Source: Octopus vulgaris | Taxonomy: Eukaryota | DNA length: 64,000 nucleotides | Direction: 5' to 3' | Assembly: GCA_951406725.2 (NCBI GenBank) | Contig: OX597822.1 | Span: 61,628,001-61,692,000 of the forward strand | Shown here: piece by piece, positions 40,169 through 54,305 of the stretch | Position numbering within the stretch: position 1 is the first letter of the stretch | Layout of the letters: each line of letters begins with the position of its first letter | Made by a program: the position numbers and the translations under genes | The notes under the pieces: generated by a model | What the model was told of the DNA's origin: nothing | The model's database searches: none | What the model saw: only the letters and a program-made list of their open reading frames with translations

Positions 40169-42024
40169 TAACGGTGTGTATACATTAGCGCTATTGGAAA
40201 ATATGTATTTGACAAATTTCGTATACAGAATCTAGTTTATTTTTCATTTGCTGTAAATAAGTTTTGAATGAAAACACTAATTTAGTGAGCGACAATATTC
40301 AGTAATTTTCATCGTTATTATATAGAATTGGTCTGCCTGCTGAGATGTCTCCTCGTACCCTTGTAAATAACTACGTCGATTACTTACGGAAATTCTGTGT
40401 TGCCACAAAATTGTTGATAATAAAAATGGAGACCTGTAGCTAAACGAATCGGTGGAGTGGCATAAAGCTGAACGATTATTTCTATCGTTCTACCAATGAT
40501 GTATTGAATCGGGAGGTGGGGTCAGATCACTTAATTCACAGTTATTCATTCTATCAAACACTGTACAGGTATTGTATGTAGTTACAATAGACGGTCGTAA
40601 ATAATAGAGAACAGAATAAGTTTGAATGCTGCTGCATTCAGTGGTGAATTAGTGACAATTCAAATGTATTTGAGTAAATTCAAGAGTCAAAATTGAGTAC
40701 AGCATGTACTTTTTGCTTTACAGAACTCTGCAGGAACACTTTATAACGAGGCTTTCACTAATTTGTTTGACTACGTTCAAGTGTATCTATTCGCTTTTAT
40801 GATTCTACTCGTTTATAAAGTGACTATGCTTTAATAAAATCTAACATCAACAACTCAAATAAATATATTCAGAATAAGTTAAGGAGTCTCTGTCTGCTAA
40901 TCAAATTGCTAAAATTAGCGGCTAAATCACATGATAAAACTTCTTTAAAGTATCAGAGACCGCATCCCAAAAGACTTTCACTTCGAAAATAGATTATATT
41001 GGGAAATGTAATATTTGGTATAAGAGACGGGAAGTTAAGACTGGAATGCATTTGATCATATGCCTATTCTCTCGGTAGCGACACTCAGGAAGGAAGCGCT
41101 AGATGATGTGGTCCTTGATAGACAGTTTAGGGGAAAAGATATAAAAACAGACAAGACGTTCAAGACAGGAACATATTTAATCATAGCATTTGATCATGGC
41201 AACAAAAATATTCATTTACATGCATAAAAAATAAATACATATATATATATATATATATATGTATATGTGTGTTTGTGCTTGTATTCTACCATCGTCTGGT
41301 AACCAGTGTTGGTTTGTTTAGGCCCTATTAACATAGCGGTTCGGCGAAAGAGACTGACAGTGTAAGTACCAAACGTCAAAAATTACTACTGGCGTCGATA
41401 TCTTCAACCAAATCCGTTTTGATGGTGTTCTAGTTTGCCCGTAGTCCAATGAGTGAAACGAGTTAGATGTAAAGATATGGTATTTTGCTAAGTTATCATT
41501 CATACGCCCGGTCTGGGAATCGAAACCATGATCTTCCGATCGCGAGTCCACTGCCAGTCCCGCGCAGTAATTGTATTTGCCATGTTGTTTGTTGTTTTAG
41601 GATTGTAAGCATTTCTAGAAAGTGGATTTGTATATTAATTACTTGGATAATCTCAATCTATCGAATTTTCTCCATTCACAATATTACATTTGTGAGACTC
41701 TACCATATGTGTACCACCAATAAAACAAGTAGCTATATTTATTTGTTTTTAAAAAAATAAGTAAGTGTAAAACAAATAGAAAATAGTTTGACTGAATGAC
41801 AGTCAATTAAGACATTGAATGTTTGAAGCGCGGCTATGTGTGTGTGTGTGTGTATGTGTGTGCGTTTTGTATATGTATATATATATATATTTGAATGTGT
41901 GGGTGTTCTATCTGTCATTTGTTGCTGGAATGACATTTTTTTTTCTATTTTCGAAAGCAAGCTTGTCCCTTGTGTAACGTCAATAAATATGAAGAATGAG
42001 TAGCAACGACTAGTACTAACACGT

Positions 42025-42099
<75 letters not shown>

Positions 42100-42873
42100 C
42101 GCTCTCCCCCTCTTTCCACGCATGCCCCTCTTCACAGAACCAATACTCATTCTTGCTTCTATATATTTTAGTTTCAACCATTCTCCTGTGTGAAAACAGT
42201 CCTCACACGCACACACATCTAACACACTCCACATTTCTCTTACCTTTCCATATATCTCACCTAAAGAAAAAAGTTTATACTTGTTCTCCACTTACCTTTG
42301 GACACTCCAGCCAGCCTCCCCGGACCTTTTACCAGTGTAGTGTAACTTTTAAATGACTTTTAAATGACTTTTCCCCACACACAGATATCACATTTTCCCA
42401 CTTTTGCTTTTTTCTTTTTATATTTTACCATTGTTTTCAGTTTTCAGAGTATTTCATCTTTGACTTTTCCTCTTAGTCATTTCGCACCTTTCTCCCTCTT
42501 TTGTTTATTTAAGATCAAATCTTCCTTCCGCGTAGAAGCATCCCACACCTGTACCCCTGCACACACATCTATCACACCTTCCACAATCCTCTTGATTTCC
42601 TTCTGCCTCACGCTCGTGCCCAACCCCACCTTTTCACGTTTATATATCCTTCACAAACGCTTAAGGATTACATACACCACCAACTCCTTACTATAGTCCC
42701 ACATATACTTCTACATACATACGCACTTCAAAATCACACATACCATTCCTTCAAATGGTCATTTCCAAGCAAGTATAGGATGCTCTCCTATACTTACACG
42801 TATACAACTGTTCTCGCCTTCCTTTTATAGAACTGCATTCCCATATGATTCTAAATCCCTCGTTCAATTGTTT

Positions 42874-42944
<71 letters not shown>

Positions 42945-43305
42945 CTCTCTCTCTCTTTTTCTCTCTCTCTCTCTTTCTCTCTCTCTGACTGTTCCTTTTT
43001 CTCACTCTTCCTATACTTTTCTCTTTCTTGTGATAGACGACTACCTTCTGAAATGTTACCACTCTGTCTCTTTCCATTAAAGAAGTAAGCTAAAACCGTA
43101 TTTGTTCCACATTAAACAATCCTGTGCTGTCTTTTATATTGTAAAATACATAGGTAAGTACGTACGTACATACATACATACATACATACAGATAGACACT
43201 GAAATAAATATAGAAATGTATTAAGAAAGAGAGAAAGAAAGAGAGAGAGAAAGAGAGAGAGAATGAAAGAAAGAAAGAGAGATAGAGAGAAAGAGAGAGA
43301 GAGAG

Positions 43306-43336
<31 letters not shown>

Positions 43337-44960
43337 AAGAAAGAAAGAGAGAAAGAACGAAAGAAAGAGGGAAAGAACGTAAAAAACAGAGATACAAAAA
43401 CGGAAGCCTTCCCAAACAAGAATTGGAGACTAAACGAAGAGAATCAAAAGAAAAGAAACAGTTTTCTATTGAAGGGGCAATTTATGCACAAGTACATTAT
43501 CACAATAAGAATGGTGCGTAACGTTACATTTAATAAGTTCCGAAAATTAAGCAGAAACCCAACAAAGGAACAAATAGAAAATTCACACAAGACACGGAAG
43601 TTGCTCTTTCCTCGTTAGTTATCGTCCAAAATACCCTTACAATTTCACGCCGTTAAGGATATTGTTCATTTTTGGTGGTATCAAGAGAGGGGGTTGTTTA
43701 TGGTCGTTTGAACCGACGTACTGCTCTCTAATGTACCTGAAGACATTCGTTAGGATTTTCAGAGTAAAGTGGGTTTGAATTGGTCCAATGTGTTCGGGGT
43801 TTCTTTCTTTCGTGTACTCATAAACCCATAGTGCGCACTATATTAATACTCGGTCATCCAGATTTCTAAGGAATACTTCCAGAAAAATTTCACCAAGAAA
43901 TTTGTGCGATATTCTGACTTACATATCTTCGCTTTCATCCAGCATAACGCTGCTGTGATCCTATGATATTTTGTTGAGGAGGCGGAGGATCCTCTCCCTG
44001 TATTGTTGTCTTTTGTTAGGATTAACTCTTCTTTTTGTGCTCTTCTTTATGCATACCTCTTATATTTTCAGTGATGATTTATTCTTCATGGTTTTCTTGC
44101 TTCTCCAGATCATCACTTCAAAATCAAAATTAGTTGTAATAAAGATCTTTAATTATACATTCTAATTTTCTCCGATAATCTGTAGTATTATGTATTTTGC
44201 ATCGATTCGTGATTATGACGAAATTAACAACATATTTTGTTAATACATGCACTATTACTTATATTACTAATAATATTACAAATAGCCAAACTCTCTTAGC
44301 GTTTCGCAGCAAATTGTGATTTACAAGAATAGAATAAAGTGGATTTATTCTAGGTTGGAACAAATTCTGCATAGAATATTCTAGATTAAGGTAAGTCTAT
44401 TTCGTTGGATATAATCTAACTTAATCTTGATTTCATTGAAATATTTATACAGTAAAAAATGCAGAATATCTAATATCATTACATGAGTTACCGAGAAAAA
44501 TACAGCACCCCCCCTCATGCATACATTCATAGATACATACATACATTATGTATACATACACACACACACATTATAGATCAATTTCTAGCTTAGAGGTATA
44601 AAATTCCTTTGCCGTCTTCAGTATAATATACCCCGTAGAACATAACTGCAAATATTAATAATACCCCTTCGAATAATACATATCCCCACGTATATATACA
44701 TATATTCACACGTATATACGTGTCAAATCTAATTTATTCACATCAACCACGTGTGTTTACGACCAAAATAATACCGCAGTGAACATAAAGTGATCGGAGT
44801 AAATAATAACATTATTAAGGATAAAATCATTATCAAGATTTTATCATGTGGCCAGTATATAATAAAAAAACGTATAGGTAACAATACTAATATATAATTA
44901 TTTAAAGGCAGCGAGCTGGCAGAAACGCCGGGCAAAATGATTAGCGTATTTCGTTGAATG

Positions 44961-45667
44961 TACGTTTAAACACATGAGACATCCGTCATAGGACTCCTTG
45001 CACGCTAGACAGAACAGTTAAATTCCAAACCACTATTAGGGATAAAACTACGAAAGGAATGAAAAATAAAAACATTTACCATCTAAATCCTGGACCATGG
45101 ATGCCTCTTACGTGTTTAAATACATATTGTATTTATATGAATAATATATAGTCTATTGACTAAATTTTTACACGCTAGGCCACTGGTACTAGAAATTTGT
45201 AATATTTCTTATTACCCTTGATATTATTAATTATTGAAAATTTTTTCTGGATAATTTTCGTATTGAAAAGCCGGCATTTTTATTCACTGCCGACAAGGAG
45301 CTGCGCTTGCGCAGTAAATTTTGAAAAATTAGAATGTATAAGATCGGGGCATATACTGGAGTTCCTCCTGTATATATGTTTAAGGTGTATCTGCGGAAGA
45401 AGACTTCGCCTAGCAAATTATTTTGTTTGCTAAAAAAGTCTGAAACCATGGTCCAAGATTTAGATGGTAAATGTTTTTATTTTTCATTCCCTTCGAAGTT
45501 TTATTCTAATAGTGGTTTGGAATTTAACTGTTCTGTCTAGCGTGCAAGGAGTCCTACGATGGATTTTATTAAATTACACAGTAACCTGTAAAAATCAAAA
45601 TGCTGAATAACCTAGTGTTTCTCCTGACATAACTTTTAGAAAGATGCCTCTTATGTGTTTAAATGTA
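44961..45667. mobile_element. Foldback/MITE-like element with nested inverted repeats
   Basis: Terminal IR tacgtttaaacacatgagacatc / gatgcctcttatgtgtttaaatgta. About 120-bp IR 44981-45100 vs 45446-45564. A third copy of the terminal motif at 45100-45121. Follows a truncated SINE A head (44906-44955). Confidence 0.7.
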
Positions 45668-46012
45668 ACACTGTATAAATATATATATATATATTATTAG
45701 CTAAACTGGCAAAATGACCATTCCGAAATACAACAGTATATATATATATATATATCGGTCTGATATGGTAATAATGGAATTTTTTAGAAATTTCTGTCGA
45801 CCTTTTTTCGAGTAGCGTGCGTATTGTGAAAAAATTATATGGTTAATAGACAATATGTCCAATTTTTCGGCATATTTGGCATTAGAAATTTTTTCGTTTG
45901 CCCTTATTTATGAATTGTTTATAAATTTAACCTTTAAAGGTATTTTTTAATATGCTGGCCATTGATAAAATTTTTCGAAAAGAATTCTTTTTCGAAAAAA
46001 ATGTTATCCTAC

Positions 46013-46094
<82 letters not shown>

Positions 46095-46887
46095 AATATA
46101 TGGATATAGGACGTCACCAACGGTTCAAATATGAAATACGTGAACAAGAGTAAAAATGTCGACTTTCTATCCACTCCTCATTTCGGGCATACGCACAGAG
46201 ACATATGTACATACATATACAAATAAATATATACTCAATCATATATAGTCGAACATACATTCATGATCATAATGTCATACTATAAATACACACACACGTA
46301 GATACTTGCGTAAACAAGCACACGCAATATGTTTCTACACGTTAATATATTTACGCGTACATTCATATGCATATATACATATATTCCTATATACACACAT
46401 AGACACATATATTTATGCGAATCTGTATATACAAACTTATATACATATATAACCATGCATCTACTTATAAAACATATTTCTTAGATCTGAAAGTATGACA
46501 AAATAGTTATAAATAAAACGGTACTGTAATTACTTATTTATAATTTAGAGTATTACAGATGTATCAAACAACAGAAATAGCATATGGTAATCTAGTTTAG
46601 ATGGAGAATTACTTCCCTATTTCAGAATATATATTTTTAGAATATAGCAGTCATTGGTAAAAGTACAGTAGTTCCTTTCATCATCGAAAACAAGAATAAT
46701 GAAATACAGAAAAGAGAAATATAAAAGAGAAAAAAGCCTACAAAATAAATTCAACTGACCTTAAAGTGTTATTTTTAGAAAGCGTGAACAAAAAAAGAGA
46801 GAATGGAGAAGAGGCGGAGACAAGTGAGATGGGTAATTGCTGAAGAGATCACAGGATGTGTGGCGAAAGATTTCAGACAAAGGACAC

Positions 46888-46953
<66 letters not shown>

Positions 46954-46954
46954 C

Positions 46955-47993
46955 ATAGAGCCGTCCCAGTTATAAGTGACAGCTACAATATCCTTAACTG
47001 GACACTAAATGAACTAACCAAAATAGACAGGAAAACTAGAAAAATAATGACAGGATCTAGGAGGTACCACCCAAAATCTGACATAGAAAGGCTATATATG
47101 CAATGTATAGAAGGTGGTAGAGGCCTTATACAGCTGGAAAACTATTATAAAATAACCACCATAGGACTGCAAAAATATCTACTGTTTTCAGTATTTAAGG
47201 AAGCTGACAAATACAAACAAGAAGTCATATTACTTAACAAATATGATGAAGAAGAAGAAGAAGAAGAAGAAGAAGAAGAAGAAGAAGAAGAAGAAGAAGA
47301 AGAAGAAGAAGAAGAAGAAGAAGAAGAAGAAACAGCAAAAGCTATAAGACAAATGAAATCCAAACTAAAACTAGAACAGCAACGGACCTTGTTAAAACGA
47401 TGGCAGAGAAAAATCCCAGCAATGGTTGAGGAGCTCAGGACACAAAGCAGAGACTGAAGGGTTTTTAAATACAGCACAAGACCAAAGCTTCCCTACCAGA
47501 AATTACCAAAAATATATAATGAAAAGAAACATTACAAGTAACTGCAGAATATGTGGAGATGGACAAGAAACAATAAATCATATTATCTCTGACTGCCCAG
47601 TCCTGGCTAAGAAGGAATATATTCACAGACACGACATAGTTGGGACTTACATACACTGGAAGCTATATCAACACTATGGAATAGCAACAGAAAAAAGATG
47701 GTATAAGCACACGCCAGAAAAGGTCACAGAAAACGAGAAAGCAACCATACTCTGGGATATGCCAATACACAGATAGAGAAATACGACAGATAGAGAAATT
47801 AAGGCCAATACGCCAGATATAGTTGTCAGAGATCATGAAGAAAAAATGCTTTCTCATTGATGTATAAATATCAGCAGATAACAACGTTTCTTTAAAAGAA
47901 ATGGAGAAACTTTCAAAATACAAAGACCAGGAAATATAGGTAACTCGAATGTGGAATAAAAAAACAGAAACAATTCCTATCATAGCGGGCGCA
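46955..47993 (+). mobile_element. R4/Dong 3' half after (AAT)n, with internal (GAA)n expansion
   Basis: AVPVISDSYNILNWTLNELTKIDRKTRKIM..HPKSDIERLY..GGRGL; ETEGF..AQDQ..CRICG..ETINHIISDC..YIHRHD; ILWDMPI..PDIV..CFLIDV. Confidence 0.92.
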
Positions 47994-48732
47994 ATTAGGG
48001 TTAGGGTTAGTAAAGCAAAAAAAGTGCTTGACTAAAAATTCTGGGGCAGTCACTTCTAAATTATGAAGTGTATTATATCAAAACATATTCTAGATCTTGT
48101 GTCTCGGGACGGTCAATATGCCAATAAGAAGCACAAAGACACGCACTGTATGTATTTCACTTCTTTTATTAATATTAGTCAACTGATTAACCAATTAACC
48201 AATGTTTGATTGATCGTTCAGCAAGTTTCATCAAAATCCTTTAGCCACTATTCACTGCGTACCCTCTCTATTCCAGGCTTGTTTGTCTCCTAGTTTTTTA
48301 GAATCTATTTATATATATTTATAGGATGTGAATGAGAATTGGAAAAGAAGAGTGTATGTGTGAGTGTGTCTGTGTACGTGCCTGCGTGCTTGTTTGCGTA
48401 TGATGTGGATTTTATAAAAGTATGTTTGTGAATGTGCACGCGTGTCCGTGTATATGCACAGTGTGAATTCTGTGAATGGTGTGAGTGGTTAAACGTTTAT
48501 TTATCCTATCGTTAGCGTTTGAAAATGACCTGCGTGCTCGTTGGAATGCATTGGTGTACGTGTGTTTATGGGCATTCAAATCTAATTATTATATTTATTT
48601 TGGAGATGATGCAGTTCATACGACAATTAAATGACTTGTAATTTCCTTCCTAAGTCAAGCGAATAAAGAATTTATCTATCAATGTATTATACTGTACATA
48701 AATACACATACCTCTCTCTCATAAACTGCTAA

Positions 48733-49355
48733 AGGCGGCGAGCTGGCAGAAACGTTAGCACGCCGGGCGAAATGCATAACCGTATTTCGTCTGCCGTTAC
48801 GTTCTGAGTTCAAATTCCGCCGAGGTCGACTTTGCCTTTCATCCTTTCGGGGTCGATAAATTAAGTACCAGTTACGCACTGGGGTCGATATAATCGACTT
48901 AATGTGTTTGTCTGTCCTTGTTTGTCCTCTCAGTGTTAAGCCCCTTGTGGGTAGTAAAGAAATAGCTATTTCGTCCGTTTTTACATTCTGAGTTCAAATT
49001 CTACCGAGGTCGACTTTGCCTTCCATCCTTTCAGGGTCGATAAATTAAATACCAGTTGCGTACTGGGATCGATCTAATCGACTGACCCTATACCCCAAAA
49101 TTTCGGGTCTTGTGCCTAGAGACGAAAAGAATAAACTGCTAAAGGCGGCGAGCTGGCAGAGACGTTAGCACGCCGGGTGAAATGCTTAGCAGTATTTCAT
49201 GTCTTTACGTTCTGATTTCAAATTCCACCGAGGTCGACTTTGCCTTTCATTCTTTCGGGGTTGATAAATTAAGTACCAGTTGCATACTGTGGTCGATCTA
49301 ATCGACTGGCCCCCTCCGCAAAACTTTCGGGCCTTGTGCCTAGTGTAGAAAAGAA
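48733..49355 (+). mobile_element. SINE family A tandem cluster (dimer + monomer)
   Basis: Full monomer fused to a head-truncated monomer at ..gtagtaaagaaatagctatttcgtc.., then another monomer. ataaactgctaa is duplicated at 48721 and 49131. Confidence 0.9.
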
Positions 49356-50063
49356 TATCTGATTGATACAGCGCTTGCCAAGCAATTTAATATCAAGATG
49401 CATATACATGGTGGTATGCATCATCAATACTCAGAAATGCACATATGCAGAGGGTCATAAACGATCCTATATAGTTTATAGTTTTATTTGTGGCGGGTGG
49501 CGGTGATGGTGTGGTCATTACACTTTACCCGAGTCTTAATGATTTTCATTCAGTTATTAGCGTAGGTTCACACATCTATCGTGACGTTGTATCAGACAGT
49601 ATATCAATTTCATGTAATTCTAACATTATTAAAAGGTGTAATGTAAGGTATTTTATATTGACACTTACTCCCAACTAAGGCATGATTATAATATGGAAGA
49701 AGGGACCTAAAATAACTGCTCATTAGCGGAAATCCTGCAGAGTCATAACAAAAGTTTTAGGTAATAGTTTTAGGGTGACTAGATCATTTGCAGTAAGAAT
49801 AGCAAAGGCCATTATTTAGATTAAGTGTTGCAGAAAGAATGGCCTCTGTGTCTTATTTTTAGAAAAAAGATTGAAGATCCTTCCAAATTCTATCAATAGT
49901 TATGTATGTATGTATGTATGCAAATTATGAAAGAGAATTGGAAAGAGAGAAAGAGAGAAAGAAAGAGAATGAGAGAGAGGGTGAATGAGATAGAAGAGAG
50001 CAGTTTGTAGTTCCGTAAAAACTGACAGTTTTTACGGAAGCCCTTATATCAACCATGATTTTC

Positions 50064-50111
<48 letters not shown>

Positions 50112-50139
50112 TATTATTATTATTATTATGATTGATGGA

Positions 50140-50540
50140 TTCAATGATTCATACCGTCAGATTAAACATCGAAAACCTGACATTGTTGTAGTGAATAGAA
50201 AAGAAAAAAACACCCGATAATTGACATGTTCTGGCAAGAACAGGATTGAAGAGAAAGAAGAAAAAGTGAACCACTATGATGAAGTACGCAGATTGTGTGT
50301 ACTGAAGAAAGTGGACGTAATACTATTAGTGATTGGTGCACTTGGAAGTATCAGTACCCAACTACCAACATGGACGCCCTCTCCCCCGCAAAAATGGAAT
50401 GAATGTAAAGATAAAAAACACCTTGTTACGTTGCAAAAGTCCTCCGCAGGGTTCTTGAAGCATGATCAGCAAGCAAGCGCCACCTTAGTCTGCTGGCTGT
50501 GCGTGGGCAACTGACACTTTTCATCATACCCAGCAGAATA
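50140..50540 (+). mobile_element. R4/Dong 3' end (RLE + 3'UTR) between ATT/AAT tracts
   Basis: HRKPDIVVV..KEEKV..VIGALGS. The 3'UTR caccttagtctgctggctgtg..ctgacacttt..catacccagca..ctgagttttca matches 8998-9110 in reverse. Confidence 0.85.
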
Positions 50541-50558
50541 AAGCTGAGTTTTCATGAT

Positions 50559-50620
<62 letters not shown>

Positions 50621-50621
<1 letters not shown>

Positions 50622-51174
50622 CCCTGATGCAGTACCAGGCAGTGGCTCTCATGGCTTCTGATCTTAACTGATTGGAAGTGTTATCATGTACATTGTTTTG
50701 TCTTGGTATAAAAGATGGGCTACAGCAAATATTCTGCTCAATACCACAGAATTGCTCGTCAGTTGTTTGACCTTAACCAGTTGAGCATGTCCCTTAGTGG
50801 CTGACGATATGTGCATCTCTGATCACGAGCAGAAGTAGTGGGGGAGCATCATAGCCATGTGTTGAGAAGGATTCTTTGGGGTTTGAATGATTCACCTCTG
50901 GAAACATGGGTGTTTCGTTCAACGTCCTTAAACAACCCTTATTCAGGGACCTTTTGAGCAGGATGGGTTACTCGATCTGAAGAAAATTCTAACTGGGCTC
51001 CACCTGCAAGGTCATGTGCTGTTTATCTTGATATGAGATCACCATGTCGCGCACATATGGTTGTGATGCATGTGCCTGGTGTACCTTTATCAGACGGGTA
51101 GTCATGATGGGTATATTGGGCTTCGTATATTTTACCCCAGTGTCACTTTGATGGCATGCACTGCTCTCTCACTC
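50621..51174. mobile_element. Unclassified 554-bp element embedded in an (AAT)n tract
   Basis: Sharp boundaries with (AAT)n on both sides and higher GC than the flanks. No ORF, TIR or tRNA head recognised. Confidence 0.55.
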
Positions 51175-53483
51175 AATAATAATAATAATAATAATAATAA
51201 TGATAATAATGATAATAATCCTTTCTACTAAAGTCACAAGGCCTCAAATTTTGGGGAAGACAACAACTCGATTACATCAACCCTAGTGTATCAGTGGTAC
51301 TTAATTTATCGACCCCCCTCCCGGAAGAATGAAAGGCTTAGTTGACCCCGGCAGAATTTGAACTCTGAACGTAAAGACCTACAAAATGCCGCTAGGCATT
51401 TTGACTGGCGTGCTAACGATTCTGACGGCTCGTCAAGGATTTTGATAATTACATGGGCTGTACCATTACTGAGATGCTGTACTCCTTTTCTAAAATAGAC
51501 AAAGAGAGAACTGCTGGAATTATATAGAAGAACTGGGACGCTACTCATAATGCACAACGAACATTATGATTTTCTCTAGCTGGTAGTATCCAAAAAGTCA
51601 CTGAAATAGTTGAAGAATTCAAATTTGAGATTGATAAATTTCAAAGAGCGAACTCAGTATCTGTGGAAAAGGGGACAAAAGTATTAGCCATCTCTTAAGT
51701 CAAAGCAGTAATCTAGTATGAAAAGAGCTCATGTACAGGGATGGCCGTATCAGTAAAAGAGTGCATCGGGATGTTAGCCAAATGTGTACATTCAAGACGA
51801 CAGAAAAGTGGCATGAACACGAGCCAGACGTTGTGAGAATGAACAATAATTACAGGATTTTATGAGATTTCTACATTTACCCATGTACGAAAGGTTCTGC
51901 TTGGTATTCAACGCAACGCAAACTAGGTATGCAGAATTTGAAAGTAACGCTCAAAACAAATGTCTCATATATCTGTAAGTTCAAAAAAATCTAGGGCAGA
52001 GTATGAGGCTAAGCGAATTTGTCAGTGACTAATTTTCATACAGCTGCAGTGGAACTGTGCAGTGACTAGTTCATAGTGGTGTGGGGATAATTTTGACACC
52101 TCATGAAATAAATAAATACTGAATATAACAGCTTTTAGTGTATTTTACATGGCTAAAATAGCTCTTCCACCATGCAACAGCTATCCAAGTATACAAATTT
52201 GGCTATAGAAATAATCAGCATGTGGGGGAAAGAAACAGAAACAATCTGTATGGTAGTTAGTGCATTGGGAATAATAAAAGCTATGCAGACAAATATATAA
52301 CCAAATCCCTCTAATTTATTTACATGTCAATGACTGCATGTGTTTTTCCAAGTTCCAGTAGAAATTTAACACAAAGGCAACAAAAGTGTTCATTTGATTA
52401 AAATAGTGTATATGAAGAAAGCAGCAAAACCTAAACGGAAAGGTAGCGTTGTAGCCGTAACTGAAGCGAGAATAGTAGCCATGAAGATATGCCAATGAAA
52501 ATTATTAGCTTTCAAAAGCACAGCTTGTAACTTCAGTGTTGTTTAAAGTACAACACGTGTTTTAGATAAAGTTGTAATTCTCAAGAAATGTTATTAACTA
52601 AAGTAATATTGTGAAAAATTGCTAACAGAATTGTCCTCATAATTAATGGCATTGCTTGGTTGTTAATTTAATCGAATGTTTTTATACACATAACTCGTGA
52701 CTATGAATCATTTTATCTCCCATAAGTATTAAGAAAATAACGACTGATCAAAAAATGATACTAAACCACAGTAGCACAATACAACTCGCACTACAACATA
52801 ATACAACACTGCCGGGGAACTCCAATAGAACACAATATAAACACACTACAGCCCAACATGGATGAAATGATCAAGGAAAAAACAGCTCCAAACTTCACAG
52901 TATTAGGTAATACTTGTCTCTAATTTAGGTACAGGGCCAGCAGGTTTTGGATGAAAGACCAGTCACTGCTAACGACCCGAGTAGTTGACAGGTACTTTAT
53001 TTTATGGGCCCCGGAAAGATAAAGTTGACCTCGGCGGGACAATTATCGCATGACATTTTATCCGGCTTTCCAACAATTTCTCCAATCGATCACTTTGCCT
53101 GTGCTACGTAATGAATGTTTATAATTTAGATACAAGGTCTGAAATTTGGAAGAGAAGGCTAGTCGATTACTTTGACCCAATTAGTACTTAATTGGTACAT
53201 AATTATATCGACTCGGAAGGAAAAAAATTAAGGTTGATCTCGATGGGATTTGAACTCTGAATTTAGAAGTAGTAAGAAATACAGCTAGACATTAGGTCAG
53301 ATTCTCTAGCAATTTTACCAATCCAACTCACTAGTACTACGTAATAATTGTGTCTGGTTTGTCACCCATCTCAATCGTAACTATGACGGATGTTGCTAAA
53401 ACTCGGTGATCGGACGACTTAATTTTGGCACAAGTCCAGTACTTTTGATGGAAAGGGTATAGTCAATTATAACGAAGCCAAAC

Positions 53484-54305
53484 GCGGCGAGCTGGCAGAA
53501 ACGTTAGCATGCTGGGCGAAATGCTTAGCAGTTTTTCGTCTGTCTTTACGTTCTGAGTTCAAATTCCGCCGAGGTCGACTTTGCCTTCCATCCTTTCGTG
53601 GTCGATAAATTAAGTACCAATTACGCACTGGGGTCGATGCTATCGACTTAATCCCTTTGTCCGTCCTTGTTTGTCCCCTCTATGTTTAGCCCCTTGTGGG
53701 CAATAAAGAAAAAAGAATCGTTAGCACGCCGGGCAAAATGCTTAGCGTTATTTCGTCTGCCGCTACGTTCTGTTTTCAAATTCCGCCGAGGTCGACTTTG
53801 CCTTCCATCCTTTCGTGGTCGATAAATTAAGTACCAATTACGCACTGAGGTCGATGCAATCGACTTAATCCCTTTGTCCGTCCTTGTTTATCTCCTCTAT
53901 GTTTAGCCCCTTGGGGGCAATAAAGAAAAAAGAATCGTTAGCACGCCGGGCAAAATGCTTAGCGTTATTTCGTCTGCCGCTACGTTCTGAGTTCAAATTC
54001 CGCCGAGGTCAACTTTGCCTTTTAATCCTTTCGGGGTCGATTAAATAAGTACCAGTTACGCACTGGGATCGATATAATCGACTTAATCCGTTTGTCTGTC
54101 CCCTCTGTGTTTAGCCCCTTGTGGGTAGTAAAGAAATAGGTATTTCGTCTGTCCTTAGGTTCTGAGTTCAAATTCCGCTGCGGTCGACTTTGCCTCTCAT
54201 CCTTTCGGAGTCGATAATTTAAGTACCAGTTGCGTACTGTGGCCGATCTAATCGACTGGCTCCTCCCCCCAAAAATTCAGGCCTTGTGCCTAGAGTAGAA
54301 AAGAA
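53484..54305 (+). mobile_element. Tetrameric SINE family A array nested in an opposite-strand SINE
   Basis: Monomers start at about 53484, 53715, 53932 and 54140. TSD-like aattataacgaagcca (53465-80) / aattatatcgaaccca (54304-19). Host SINE halves at about 53420-53480 and 54310-54465. Confidence 0.9.

Noticed and set aside
40388-40435. Possible small exon (ctacag...gtaagt, SPFLLSTILWQHRIS or VSIFIINNFVATQNF)
   Set aside because: No class B motif, and the flanking real exons already join in phase without it.
47996-48011. TTAGGG repeats
   Set aside because: Only about 2.5 units, too short to call an interstitial telomere.
48733-54305. Regular repeats that might suggest a CRISPR array or tRNA genes
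   Set aside because: Units are about 200-bp SINE monomers without unique spacers. The tRNA-like heads do not form complete cloverleaves, and the context is eukaryotic.
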